Translations under genes and position numbers: made by a program
Notes under the pieces: generated by a model
Told to the model about the DNA's origin: nothing
The model's input: the letters and a program-made list of their open reading frames with translations, nothing else
Database searches by the model: none
Assembly (NCBI GenBank): GCA_965267575.1
Contig: OZ254086.1
Span: 768,001 to 832,000 of the forward strand
Source of the DNA: Calditrichales bacterium
GTDB taxonomy: Bacteria; Calditrichota; Calditrichia; Calditrichales; J004
DNA length: 64,000 nt
Direction: 5' to 3'
Shown: positions 37,642 through 47,285 of the stretch, one piece after another
How the letters are laid out: each line of letters opens with the position of its first letter
Numbering within the stretch: position 1 is the stretch's first letter

Positions 37642-38277
37642 TCAACCTCGCTGCGGTAACGGGTAATAAAGCTGCTTCACTTTTTCCACGCGCCCCTCGT
37701 CAATCAACCCTTTAAGCACAACACGCGCCTTTGCCGAATCGAGATTCGTTTCAGTAGCGATTTCTTCCAGTGTCGCGCCATCTTTGCCTGCCCCGAGAAA
37801 CGCCATGATCGCGTCAGCGTTTTCAGTGGGTGTCTCTTGTTTGGGCGGCATTACCGGCGGACCTTTTATGGCTTTTTTCTTTTTGGGCGATCGTTTTTTG
37901 GGTGGACTTTTTTTTGCGGGTTTTGCGGGAGGCGCCGTCTTCCGCGCGGGTGTTACAGGTGGCTTCTTCTCGGTGCCGTCTACCGGGCCTGTCGATACGG
38001 GACCAAGTGTCCCGGCCACAAGCCCCTCCGTATCATCAAATGGTCGCGGGATTACATGTGAGGTCACAAACTGGCCCAGTCTTTCGGCGGCGGCGCGTCC
38101 GGCATCCACGGCGGCCTGAACCGCGCCCAGCTCACCTTCCACGACCACGGTCACCAAACCGGCGCCAACTTCCCGGCGCTGCACGATATGCACTTTGGCC
38201 GCCTTCAACATCGCGTCCGCTGCTTCCAGCGATCCGGTGAGACCCAGCGTTTCCACAAAACCGTAAGATAAAGCCAT
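37642..38277 (-). CDS. BMC-H shell domain fused to a Lys/Pro-rich linker and a C-terminal winged helix (EutK-like architecture)
   Basis: Shell domain GFVETLG...AADAMLKAAKV...GELGAVQAAVDAG...HVIPRP; linker KKPPVTPARKTAPPAKPAKKSPPKKRSPKKKK; wHTH GATLEEIATETNLDSAKARVVLKGLIDEGRVEK. Confidence 0.88.
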   Translation of the reverse strand: MALSYGFVETLGLTGSLEAADAMLKAAKVHIVQRREVGAGLVTVVVEGELGAVQAAVDAGRAAAERLGQFVTSHVIPRPFDDTEGLVAGTLGPVSTGPVDGTEKKPPVTPARKTAPPAKPAKKSPPKKRSPKKKKAIKGPPVMPPKQETPTENADAIMAFLGAGKDGATLEEIATETNLDSAKARVVLKGLIDEGRVEKVKQLYYPLPQRG

Positions 38278-38303
38278 AGGAATTTCCGTAATAAAAGGGT
38301 GTT

Positions 38304-38333
38304 AATCTACACAGCCGGATGCATTGCAGGCAA
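38304..38333 (-). promoter_or_regulatory. Possible promoter for the BMC operon
   Basis: Minus strand TTGCCT, 18 nt spacer, TAGATT with an upstream TG (extended -10), about 27 nt before the first ATG. Confidence 0.35.
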
Positions 38334-38347
38334 GAACAGGGCTTCTT

Positions 38348-39022
38348 TTATCCTTCGCCGCCCGGCAACGATTGCAGAAAGGCCTCACGGAACGATTCAC
38401 CGACAGGCAGTTTACTCTTCCCGATTACAACGTGGCTGCTGCTGTAAGAGCTGATCTTACGGGTGTTGACAATGTAGGATTTATGGATTCGCCGGAACCA
38501 GGACGGCAGTTTGGCCAGGGCCTGGGACGTCGATTCACGGGCCAGAATTTCCTGCCCCACAGCATGGTAAATCATATAGTTGCCGTCCTTTTGCAGGAAA
38601 AGGACCTCATCGATCTTCACGATATGGCTCTGCGGCCCGCTCTTTATAATAAGCGTTTGGCCGGCTTCTCCCTGCCACGCCTGCAAAGCCTTGCCAACGG
38701 CTTTTGTAAATCTCTCCAGGCTGATGGGTTTAAGCAGGTAGTCCAGCGCCTGCACATCATAACTATCCACGGCGAACTCGGCATGGGCGGTAGTAAAAAT
38801 GATTTTCGTCTCCGAAGCAATCATCTGCGACAGCGCCAGGCCCGAAATATCCGGCATGTTGATGTCCAGGAACACCAGGTCGACCGGATGCTTTCCGAGG
38901 TAGTCGAACGCCTTCAAACCGTTGCGGAAAGTGGCGCTTAGTTCGATGGTGTCAAAATGCTGCAGGTAGCTTTTAAGCAGCTCGATGGCCCGCGGTTCGT
39001 CATCAACGATGATCGCTTGCAT
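38348..39022 (-). CDS. LytTR family response regulator
   Basis: Motifs IVDDEP, FLDINMP..SG, FTTAH, DYLLKP and FRRIHKSYIVN. Confidence 0.95.
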   Translation of the reverse strand: MQAIIVDDEPRAIELLKSYLQHFDTIELSATFRNGLKAFDYLGKHPVDLVFLDINMPDISGLALSQMIASETKIIFTTAHAEFAVDSYDVQALDYLLKPISLERFTKAVGKALQAWQGEAGQTLIIKSGPQSHIVKIDEVLFLQKDGNYMIYHAVGQEILARESTSQALAKLPSWFRRIHKSYIVNTRKISSYSSSHVVIGKSKLPVGESFREAFLQSLPGGEG

Positions 39023-40052
39023 CGGTCACAATCTCCAGTTTTACGCTAAACGTGTTATTCGCCTCAATCTCCAGGCGGTGTCGCCCGGGATAGATTAACG
39101 TCAGCCGCTTGCGTGTCGCGGCAATCCCCTCACCGCCGCGTTCCGCCGGCAGCGCATCGTGACGGCTGTTTTCCACGGCAAAAACGATGGCATTCGCGGA
39201 AGAGAGGTCAAAATCAATCCTGATAAACGATTTCTTCTCTGGGCGCGCGCCATGTTTGAAAGCATTTTCGACGAAGGGAACAAACAGTCCGGGCTCCACC
39301 CGCTGTTGATCGTATTCTCCGGTAATGTGCAGCTTAAAATCAATCTCGCTTTCTTCAAAGCGCAGCTGCTGCAGGGCAGCATAGTTGCGGATAAAGTCAA
39401 TTTCTCCGGCAACCGGCACCTCGCCATCGCGGGTTTCGTAAACCACGTAACGCAGCAAGGCAGAGAGCCGGTCGATGGAATCGGCCAAAGCAGGGTTTTG
39501 AAGCGGATCGACCATTGACAAAAGGTTATTAAGCACGTTAAAGAGAAAGTGCGGTTGTAGCTGCATGCGCAACAGGGACAACTCGGCTTCTCTTTTTTGC
39601 AAAGTCAGCATCTGCAATTGTTGCTGACCACGCAGCCAGCTTTTACCGATGCCGTAAGTGGACGACACCGCGTAATAGAAAAAGACAATGCCGCCCAAAA
39701 CCGGCGCTGACAAAACAGGCCCCTCGGCGACAACCCGCAGTTCTATCAAAGCCAGTGCGATAATCAATACGATAAAAAACAATGAAACGGATTGAGCAAC
39801 GGTTTTTAGCCGTCGTCCGGTATCGTCGAGACGGGCCAGCAGGGCGCGATTGAGATAGAAGAGTACCATCGATAAAACAACGGTGAGCAAAAGCTGGTAA
39901 ACAAGTTCCGCGCTGCGGCTAATCCATACCCGTTCCTCGCCGTTGATGATCTCCACTTCATGCGCTTCAATAGAAAAAGTTGCTAAAATCAGCCAGGCGC
40001 TGCCCGCCCAAAACACAATATTGAAGGCAATCTCAATCCATTTTCGGTTCAT
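39003..40052 (-). CDS. LytS/YehU family sensor histidine kinase
   Basis: N-terminal TM helices; motifs LRMQLQPHFLFNVLN, LRYV, ENAFKHG and GEGIA. Confidence 0.93.
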   Translation of the reverse strand: MNRKWIEIAFNIVFWAGSAWLILATFSIEAHEVEIINGEERVWISRSAELVYQLLLTVVLSMVLFYLNRALLARLDDTGRRLKTVAQSVSLFFIVLIIALALIELRVVAEGPVLSAPVLGGIVFFYYAVSSTYGIGKSWLRGQQQLQMLTLQKREAELSLLRMQLQPHFLFNVLNNLLSMVDPLQNPALADSIDRLSALLRYVVYETRDGEVPVAGEIDFIRNYAALQQLRFEESEIDFKLHITGEYDQQRVEPGLFVPFVENAFKHGARPEKKSFIRIDFDLSSANAIVFAVENSRHDALPAERGGEGIAATRKRLTLIYPGRHRLEIEANNTFSVKLEIVTDASDHR

Positions 40053-40219
40053 GCCGCTTTCCCTAAATAGAATTGTTCAATGCAGATTAAGCACTGCGCC
40101 CGTCTGTTTCAAACCATTTGTCGCCTATTTGTACCAGCACGGGCCGGTTAATAACAATCCCAAAACTTTTTCTTTTGCCCGACCTATATTGGCGCACATA
40201 TTCAATTGAGGAGCATATC

Positions 40220-41632
40220 ATGAAACATTTTAGCATGATTCTGATTTTGGCATTTTGCGCTATGCTTTATGGGCGGGAAAATTTACATGAGCGTCCGCAA
40301 CTGGAGGACAAAATCGACCGGCTCGCCAGCCAATATACAGAGCTGGATATTTTTTCCGGCGTGGTGTTGGTAGCGCAGGAAGGGAAACCGGTTTACCACA
40401 AGGCGTTTGGCCTGGCCAATCGCGAAAAAAACATCCCCAACACGCTGCGTACGCGTTTTGACATCGGTTCAATGAACAAGACCTTTACCAAGGTAGTCAT
40501 CCTGCAGCTGGCGGATGAAGGTAAGCTCGATTTGTCTGATAAGCTTGTGGATTACCTGCCCGGTTTTACGCAAAAAGGCACCGAAAAAATCACCATTGAA
40601 CACTTGCTAACGCATCAATCCGGATTTGGTGACTATCATTCGCCGGAATATATGCAGACACCTCCGGCTGAGCGCACCATCAACTGGATTGTTGAGCGCG
40701 TACAAAACATGCCGCTGATGTTTGAGCCGGGAACAGAGCAGGAATACAGCAACGCCGGCTTCGTGCTGCTGGGCGCGATCATCGAAAAAGTAACCGGCAC
40801 ATCGTACCACCGGAATGTGGTGGAGAGGATCATCGAACCTCTGGGTTTGCAGCAGACGCACGTGGAGAATAAAAGCACGGTGCCGCAAAAGGCGATCGGC
40901 TATTTTAAAACAGCCACGGGCGAGCTGCGTGATAACAACAATTTTTCGGAGCTGCCCAATCCCGATGGCGGTTTTCATTCCACGACTAGCGATATAATGA
41001 CTTTTTACCGCGAATACTTTTATGGCAACACTTTGCTGGATAATGAAACAAGAAAACTTGATCCCATGTTTGGCTTTGTGCAAGAGCACCGTAACAGCGG
41101 GGGCGCCATTCCGCTGGCGGGAGGTTTTCCCGGTGCCAATACGGTTTTATATGAAATCCTGCGCGACCGCATAACCGTCGTTGTGTTCGCCAACATGGAT
41201 GAACCGGTTGCCGAACAGCTTGGCGCGGGAATCCTGGCGATCATTCGCGGGCAGCAGCCGCGAGAACCGCAACTGCCGGCCATCCAGAATGTGTACAACG
41301 CCTACAAAACACACGGGACGACCTACGTAAAAGAGAACTGGGACAAGCTGATCATCAATTTCCACCCCGGCGATCCCCATGATATGATCCTGAACCAGGT
41401 GGGTTATGAGCTTTTGTTTAGTGGAAAAACCGACCAAGCGATTGAGATTTTCACACTCAATACGGAGATGTTTCCCGAGGTGGCCAACGTGTGGGACAGC
41501 CTGGGCGAGGCCTGGCGTAAAAAAGGCGATAATGCCAAAGCATTGAAATTTTACAAAAGGGCCCTGTCCATTAGGCCGGATATGCCCAGCGCGAAACAGG
41601 CAGTTGAGGAGTTGGAAGGGAATTCCGAATAG
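40220..41632 (+). CDS. Serine hydrolase (AmpC/beta-lactamase family) with C-terminal TPR
   Basis: Start MKHFS with GAGGAG RBS; signal peptide; GSMNK (SxxK), LLTHQSG and YSNAG; TPR NVWDSLGEAW...ALKFYKRAL. Confidence 0.9.
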   Translation: MKHFSMILILAFCAMLYGRENLHERPQLEDKIDRLASQYTELDIFSGVVLVAQEGKPVYHKAFGLANREKNIPNTLRTRFDIGSMNKTFTKVVILQLADEGKLDLSDKLVDYLPGFTQKGTEKITIEHLLTHQSGFGDYHSPEYMQTPPAERTINWIVERVQNMPLMFEPGTEQEYSNAGFVLLGAIIEKVTGTSYHRNVVERIIEPLGLQQTHVENKSTVPQKAIGYFKTATGELRDNNNFSELPNPDGGFHSTTSDIMTFYREYFYGNTLLDNETRKLDPMFGFVQEHRNSGGAIPLAGGFPGANTVLYEILRDRITVVVFANMDEPVAEQLGAGILAIIRGQQPREPQLPAIQNVYNAYKTHGTTYVKENWDKLIINFHPGDPHDMILNQVGYELLFSGKTDQAIEIFTLNTEMFPEVANVWDSLGEAWRKKGDNAKALKFYKRALSIRPDMPSAKQAVEELEGNSE

Positions 41633-41721
41633 TAACCCCTCAATAATTGTCTCAATTAAATGTTCTTGCCCCGTTTTATACATCCTTCTAACTTTGGGCC
41701 TTCTAACCTTGGAGGCCCATT

Positions 41722-42510
41722 GTGTTTCACAGCAATTTTAAACTGATCTACCTGGTAATCATCGTTCTGATTGGTCTGGCCGGCTATTACTGGCTTTGGC
41801 CGATGGTGCGCGGCTACAATGCCCGCGGGAATTCTGCCGACCTCTATAATCAAATGCGTGAGGATGCGGTGCCCTGGGAAGTGCTGCACCGGTCACCAAA
41901 CGGCAATCCCATCTATATCTGGCAAACCGGCGGTGGCGACGATGTCACGCTCATCTTTGGCGGTTTTCACGGCAATGAATTTGGCGGCTTTGACCTGGTT
42001 CTGCGCCTGGCACGCTATATTCATGAAAATCCGGACGTCGTAAAAAGTAAAGTGGTGATCGTTCCGGTGCTTAATCCGGATGGCCTTTTAGCCGGCACGC
42101 GCACCAACAGCAACGAGGTTGACGTTAACCGCAACTTCCCGACCGAAAACTGGTCGCCGGCCTATGAGAGCAAGCGCAACTACCCCGGCCAGGAACCGGC
42201 TTCCGAGGTAGAAACGCTGCTGGCCATGAAACTGGTGGAAGACCATCAGCCGGACAAGATCATCAGCGTGCACGCGCCGTTGGAGGTTGTAAACTACGAC
42301 GGACCTGCCGGCGATCTGGCCAGGGCCATGGCCCGTCATAACGGCTATCCCACCAGCGGCGATATCGGCTATGCCACGCCGGGCAGCTTTGGCACCTGGG
42401 CCGGCAAAGAGCTCAACATCCCCACCATCACGCTGGAGCTGCCGCCTTACGACCCGGATGAAGCCTGGGAAGAAAATCGCGACGCCCTGATCACCGCGAT
42501 CAATTATTGA
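41722..42510 (+). CDS. mpaA: M14 zinc peptidase, murein peptide amidase A-like, membrane-anchored
   Basis: Motifs GGFHGNE, NPDG, R.N...VDVNRNFP, ASEVET, ISVH, GYATPGSFGTW and TITLELP. Confidence 0.8.
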   Translation: MFHSNFKLIYLVIIVLIGLAGYYWLWPMVRGYNARGNSADLYNQMREDAVPWEVLHRSPNGNPIYIWQTGGGDDVTLIFGGFHGNEFGGFDLVLRLARYIHENPDVVKSKVVIVPVLNPDGLLAGTRTNSNEVDVNRNFPTENWSPAYESKRNYPGQEPASEVETLLAMKLVEDHQPDKIISVHAPLEVVNYDGPAGDLARAMARHNGYPTSGDIGYATPGSFGTWAGKELNIPTITLELPPYDPDEAWEENRDALITAINY

Positions 42511-42541
42511 ATTTTTTTTGCGTCACCAGCGGGAGAGCCTG

Positions 42542-44950
42542 ATGCGTAGAATATCTATTCTGCTGCTTATTTGGGGTGCATTCGTTTTTGCCGCCACGCC
42601 AAAAGTAGGCGTTGTGTTGTCCGGGGGAGGCGCACGCGGTTTTGCCCATATTCCAGTGTTGCAGGCGCTGGATAGTCTGCAAATTCCGGTCTCATTCATC
42701 GCCGGAACCAGCATGGGCGGCATAGCCTCCGGCCTTTATTCCATAGGTTACAGCGGCGATTCGATTCGTGCCCTGGTACAATCTATCGACTGGAACGAGA
42801 TCTTCAGCGATACGCCGCCCCGCTCCGTTGTGCCTTATCTGCAGAAATTCGACGACGGCTGGTACCAGCTTTCTTTTGAACTTAAAGACTTCACGCCCAA
42901 ACCACCTCAAAGCTTTGTGCGCGGCCAGAAGATAAGTCAGTTGCTTTCACGCATGACGCTGCATGCGGGCAGCTATTCGGATTTTGATAATTTCACGATC
43001 CCCTTCCGCTGCGTGGCCGTAGACCTCGTAAGCGGCAACGAGGTGGTGCTTAAGGAAGGTTCCCTGGCCCGGGCATTACGTGCCACCATGTCCGTACCTA
43101 CTGTTTTCAGCCCGGTGGAATGGGGCGATTCGCTGCTGGTGGATGGCGGCATTCTTAACAACCTGCCTGTAGATGTTGTGCGCGAAATGGGTGCCGACTT
43201 CATTATTGCCGTCAATGTTGGCGAATACCTGAAACCACGGGATGAGCTGGACAACATCGCCGGGGTGGCCGAGCAAATGTTCAACATTCCGCTCTATCCG
43301 CGGATAGAGGAAAACCGCCGCCAAAGCGATATTTTTATCCAGCCAAACCTTGAAGGCCTCTCTTCTGCCAGCTTCAACGCCCAGGAAATAGACAGCATCA
43401 TCAGCCGGGGAAAGATTGCCGCAAACGCCGCTCTGCCCCAGCTGCAAAAACTGGCAGACAGACTGCGCCGACGGAGCACGGTGACCGACAGCATTGTTAC
43501 CATAGGGAAAATTCGTCTCAGCGGATCCTATTATCTGCCGGACAGCGCCATGCGCCGGGACTTAAAATTGACGTCCGGGCAAAGCGGTCCCCTGCACGAT
43601 TTTGAAAAACGCCTGCAGGCACTTAAAACGGAAGGCCCTTTTGACTCTCTAAGCTGGACGTGGCAGGCGGCCCAGGATGGAAAAAACGACCTGCTGGTAA
43701 AAATAAAAGACTCCCGTCGTCCGATTGTCTTCAGGGTATTGATAGACGGAAACTACTCCGTTTCCTTTGGGCTTATTTACAATCTGCTGGATATTGAGCC
43801 GGGCGACACGCTAAACATTAACAACCTCGAAAAACAGATTGACCTGATCTACGGGCTGGGCTACTTCGAGCAGATTTCTTACCTGATCAGCCCGGTAAAA
43901 AACGAAAAAGTTGAGCTGCGCCTTAAGGTAAAGGAAGGCGCGCGCCGCCAGTTGCTGCTGGGTCTGCATTATGACAATCTCTATAAACTTGTGGGCCTTG
44001 TGGGCATTAAGGGCGACGGCCTGCTGATACCCGATCTGCGCCAGCATGTTTTCGTCCAGTTCTCCGGTCTGACGCGCATCGGCAGCGAAGTCTCCTATCC
44101 TTCACAGAGCCTGCGCCGGCCACTGATACCATTTGTCCGCTGGATGTATCGCGATATTCCGATTGACATTTTTGATGTCCCCACTGCCCGGAAGCTGGCC
44201 TCTTACAACGACCGCGGTTTTACGGCCGGTTTTGGTCTGGCTACACTGATCGGTCTTTCCGCCCGGCTGGAGGGCGAGCTGCGCCAGGAATGGCTGGACA
44301 TCAATCCCAGCGTGGCCTCACTTCCGGATTCCGTTTTTCCCGCCTGGCGAAACAATCTGCGTCAACTGCGCCTGCGCTTTCATTATGACGGCCTGGATGA
44401 CATAGCGCTGCCGCGGCACGGGATGGAACTGCGCGCCACCTATGAAGGCAGCCTGCGCAGTCTGGATACGGACCTCGCCTACTACAGCTTAACCGCAGAT
44501 GCCAGGGTGGTAAAAACCCTGTATCAGAATCACACCTTTATCACATCGCTTTTTTTCGGCTGGAGCGGTGATACGCTGCCCGTCTACAAATGGCATTACC
44601 GCGGGGGCGGCGAATCTTTTGTCGGCGCCGATTATAACCAGCTCATCGGGCGGCGCTACGCCACGGCACGCCTGGACTACCGTTTTGAGTACAAAAAAGA
44701 TATTTTTCTTAAACTGATCGCCAATGCCGGATTTAACCTGGACAGGGAGTTTGTGCCGCGGCCTACGCGGGATGTTATCTGGGGTGGTGGTATTGGCGTG
44801 CAATTTCTTTCTTTATTGGGTCCTCTGGAGTTTGTTGCTGCAAGAGGCCGGGCGGCATTCTATAAAGAGGCGCCGCTCAGTACACATTTTTACCTGACAT
44901 TGGGGGCGCGCCTGGAAATGCTCATAGGCCGCCATTACGCCAACCCTTAA
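42542..44950 (+). CDS. Patatin-like phospholipase with POTRA and Omp85-like barrel (PlpD / type Vd-like)
   Basis: Signal peptide; motifs LSGGGARG, GTSMG and DGG; POTRA-like GLGYFEQI; C-terminal barrel ending GIGVQFLSLLGPLEF. Confidence 0.88.
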   Translation: MRRISILLLIWGAFVFAATPKVGVVLSGGGARGFAHIPVLQALDSLQIPVSFIAGTSMGGIASGLYSIGYSGDSIRALVQSIDWNEIFSDTPPRSVVPYLQKFDDGWYQLSFELKDFTPKPPQSFVRGQKISQLLSRMTLHAGSYSDFDNFTIPFRCVAVDLVSGNEVVLKEGSLARALRATMSVPTVFSPVEWGDSLLVDGGILNNLPVDVVREMGADFIIAVNVGEYLKPRDELDNIAGVAEQMFNIPLYPRIEENRRQSDIFIQPNLEGLSSASFNAQEIDSIISRGKIAANAALPQLQKLADRLRRRSTVTDSIVTIGKIRLSGSYYLPDSAMRRDLKLTSGQSGPLHDFEKRLQALKTEGPFDSLSWTWQAAQDGKNDLLVKIKDSRRPIVFRVLIDGNYSVSFGLIYNLLDIEPGDTLNINNLEKQIDLIYGLGYFEQISYLISPVKNEKVELRLKVKEGARRQLLLGLHYDNLYKLVGLVGIKGDGLLIPDLRQHVFVQFSGLTRIGSEVSYPSQSLRRPLIPFVRWMYRDIPIDIFDVPTARKLASYNDRGFTAGFGLATLIGLSARLEGELRQEWLDINPSVASLPDSVFPAWRNNLRQLRLRFHYDGLDDIALPRHGMELRATYEGSLRSLDTDLAYYSLTADARVVKTLYQNHTFITSLFFGWSGDTLPVYKWHYRGGGESFVGADYNQLIGRRYATARLDYRFEYKKDIFLKLIANAGFNLDREFVPRPTRDVIWGGGIGVQFLSLLGPLEFVAARGRAAFYKEAPLSTHFYLTLGARLEMLIGRHYANP

Positions 44951-44961
44951 AAGGAGAAGAT

Positions 44962-45297
44962 ATGGAACTGCTAATTCGCTGGATTCTTTTCAGCTTGTCT
45001 GTTTTTATTGTTGCCCGCGTCTTGCCGGGCATCAGGATCAAGGGCTTCGCAACAGCGCTGTGGGTGGCATTTGTCTATGGCGTAATTAAAGTCGTGTTTG
45101 GCTGGCTATTAACGCTAATAACGCTGCCGGCGGTCATATTGACCTTCGGGCTGTTCCTTTTTGTCATCAACGCCGTATTGCTGTGGATTACCGATAAGCT
45201 GATTGACGGCTTTGAGATCCGCAGCTTTGGAATGACGTTGCTTGCGGCCTTCCTGATCACATTACTGGACTCACTTTTCCGGGCAGTGATATTCTAA
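44962..45297 (+). CDS. 4-TM holin-superfamily IV / YvlD-like membrane protein
   Basis: Motifs LITLP..ILTFGLFLFVINA and GFEIRSF. Confidence 0.85.
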   Translation: MELLIRWILFSLSVFIVARVLPGIRIKGFATALWVAFVYGVIKVVFGWLLTLITLPAVILTFGLFLFVINAVLLWITDKLIDGFEIRSFGMTLLAAFLITLLDSLFRAVIF

Positions 45298-45300
45298 ATA

Positions 45301-45330
45301 AAAAAAGGGAGCCGCAAGCGGCTCCCTTTT
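45301..45330. terminator. Bidirectional intrinsic terminator
   Basis: AAAAAAGGGAGCCGC-AA-GCGGCTCCCTTTT between convergent genes. Confidence 0.9.
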
Positions 45331-45350
45331 ATTCATTGAATGAATTATGG

Positions 45351-47111
45351 TTATTCAGGGCAGGTTAAATAATCACCTGTTATTTCCCCATCGACGAAAT
45401 TTTCGTTAACTGCCGCAAGAGCGTCCGTAAGTTCGCTCTCATCATAATCATCACGGCAGCCACCCAACACATCGCTGGAAACGTCAAATAGTTCCCCTAC
45501 GGTCCAGCCTGCAAAATCACCGGATACAATAACAAGGTTTTCCAAAGGTGTATCGGAAGAACCGAAGTCGCTATCGTACGCATCAAAGCCGATACTCAGA
45601 GCGAGCGCCGTCAACTGGCTAACCATTGTATTCTTTAGCTGATTTGTGCTAGGATCGGTATAGCTTCTCTTCAGATATGTTGGTTTACCACCGGCCGGCA
45701 AATAATCGGTAATGGCCTGTGCGCTAGTAAAATGGACCGTATGTTCATCAGTGCAACCAACTGTTAAGCCGGACGGGAACGCGCCTGTAAAGTTTGCATG
45801 CAGATAAGCACCGGGATTATCGCCTTCCGGAGGTGCGCCCCAGCCGCCCGGTGTTTGCGTACGGTGGCCTAATTCGCACTCATCATCATCTGGCTGATAG
45901 ATTCCGGCATCCCAGGTTAAATCATTTTCGCCGGCGTCAAGTGTGGTACAGGCCGCTTCACCACTTGTTGGATCGGCGTCGCTGTCAACATCGTCCGCGG
46001 TCGCGTCCTGACTTGTAAATACATAACCACCCGGCAAGATGAATTTAACGTTGTAATCACCGGAATCGAGGTTATCAAAGAGGTAATTACCATTGCCGTC
46101 TGTGGTTGTGGTGGCAAGAAGATTACCGTCGCAATCATATAATTCAACTGTAACGCCGCTTACCCCCGCTTCGCCGTTATCCTGAACGCCATTCATATTG
46201 GCATCCAACCATACGCGGTCTCCCAAAGATGCAGGCTCTTCCTGGGGCTGATAGATTCCGGCATCCCAGGTCAGGTCATTCTCGCCTTCATCGAGTGTCG
46301 TACAAGCTGCTTCACCGCTCGATGGGTCGGCGTCACTGTCCACATCGTCTGCAGCAGCATCCTGTTGAGTAAATACGTATCCGTCAGGAAGGATAAATTT
46401 TACGTTGTAATCACCGGCATCGAGGTTATCAAAGAGGTAATTACCATTTGCATCCGTAGTTGTTGTGGCAAGCAGATTTCCGGCACAATCATACAGTTCA
46501 ACGGTAACCCCGCCAACTCCGGCCTCTCCGTCATCCTGGACACCATTCATATTGGCATCCAGCCATACACGATCACCCAAAGAAGCAGGTTGCGGCTCGG
46601 GGTCATCACACTTGGCCACAGAATATTCAAGCTCAGTGCGTCCTGTATCATCGCCCACATTTTGATTAATGCCGTCAACAACAATCGCTATGCAAAAGGA
46701 ATCGCCCAGACCGTCCAAAGACATCTGAAATTCGTAAAATTCATCGTCCATACCCGGAGTATGAGTATGCTGAATTGGAAAATCGTTTTTGTCAGCCGGG
46801 ATATGGTCACAAGGGCCCACATAAATATAGCTGACAGCGAGTTTTGTATAGTTTTTACCCTGAATCTGGAAAAACAGTGAGTCCGAAGAATTGGCAATAC
46901 TAATTGTGGCGATCTTGTGACCCGACACTTCGCCGTCAATATTAACCGTTATCGGATCCGCGCAGATGCTTGTTGAAAAATGGTAAAGCGCATAGCGATC
47001 TCCCGTATCCGTGCTTTGGGTCGGTATTACCTGTTGATCTCCGCTACAATGCCACAGCATCAGGGACAACGGCAGCAAAAGCCAGAACCTTGCTAATATT
47101 CTTTGAGTCAT
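45351..47111 (-). CDS. Surface lipoprotein with two tandem SdrD B-like (Cna-B) repeats
   Basis: Lipobox-like WHC; two ~118 aa repeats SLGDRVWLDANMNGVQD.GEAGV.GVTVELYD...TTTD.NGNYLF...DSDAD...DAGIYQP (DNA at about 45892-46236 and 46246-46590). Confidence 0.88.
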   Translation of the reverse strand: MTQRILARFWLLLPLSLMLWHCSGDQQVIPTQSTDTGDRYALYHFSTSICADPITVNIDGEVSGHKIATISIANSSDSLFFQIQGKNYTKLAVSYIYVGPCDHIPADKNDFPIQHTHTPGMDDEFYEFQMSLDGLGDSFCIAIVVDGINQNVGDDTGRTELEYSVAKCDDPEPQPASLGDRVWLDANMNGVQDDGEAGVGGVTVELYDCAGNLLATTTTDANGNYLFDNLDAGDYNVKFILPDGYVFTQQDAAADDVDSDADPSSGEAACTTLDEGENDLTWDAGIYQPQEEPASLGDRVWLDANMNGVQDNGEAGVSGVTVELYDCDGNLLATTTTDGNGNYLFDNLDSGDYNVKFILPGGYVFTSQDATADDVDSDADPTSGEAACTTLDAGENDLTWDAGIYQPDDDECELGHRTQTPGGWGAPPEGDNPGAYLHANFTGAFPSGLTVGCTDEHTVHFTSAQAITDYLPAGGKPTYLKRSYTDPSTNQLKNTMVSQLTALALSIGFDAYDSDFGSSDTPLENLVIVSGDFAGWTVGELFDVSSDVLGGCRDDYDESELTDALAAVNENFVDGEITGDYLTCPE

Positions 47112-47285
47112 AGTTGACCTCCTATATAGGGTTTGAGTGGAACAGCTAAAATGATGCAGTAAGATGCTCTACAGAAAAAAATTATGTTTGACAGATGTCA
47201 ACTAATCAAAGAACAAAAAATAATATCTAACAAATTGTCAATAAGAGGTAAAAGAAAATGTGCAGCCCCGTCCGGATAGTTTTTC

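Noticed and set aside
21403-41632. The two beta-lactamase-fold genes and the RND pump as an antibiotic-resistance island
   Set aside because: They are generic serine hydrolase and RND families, dispersed across the window, with no mobile-element context; substrate cannot be inferred from sequence.
44962-45297. Holin-like gene as evidence of a prophage
   Set aside because: This 4-TM family is common in non-phage contexts, and no structural, integrase or endolysin genes are nearby.
45892-46590. Internal ~350 bp tandem duplication as a mobile or contingency repeat
   Set aside because: It corresponds to two ordinary SdrD B-like domains with many synonymous differences.
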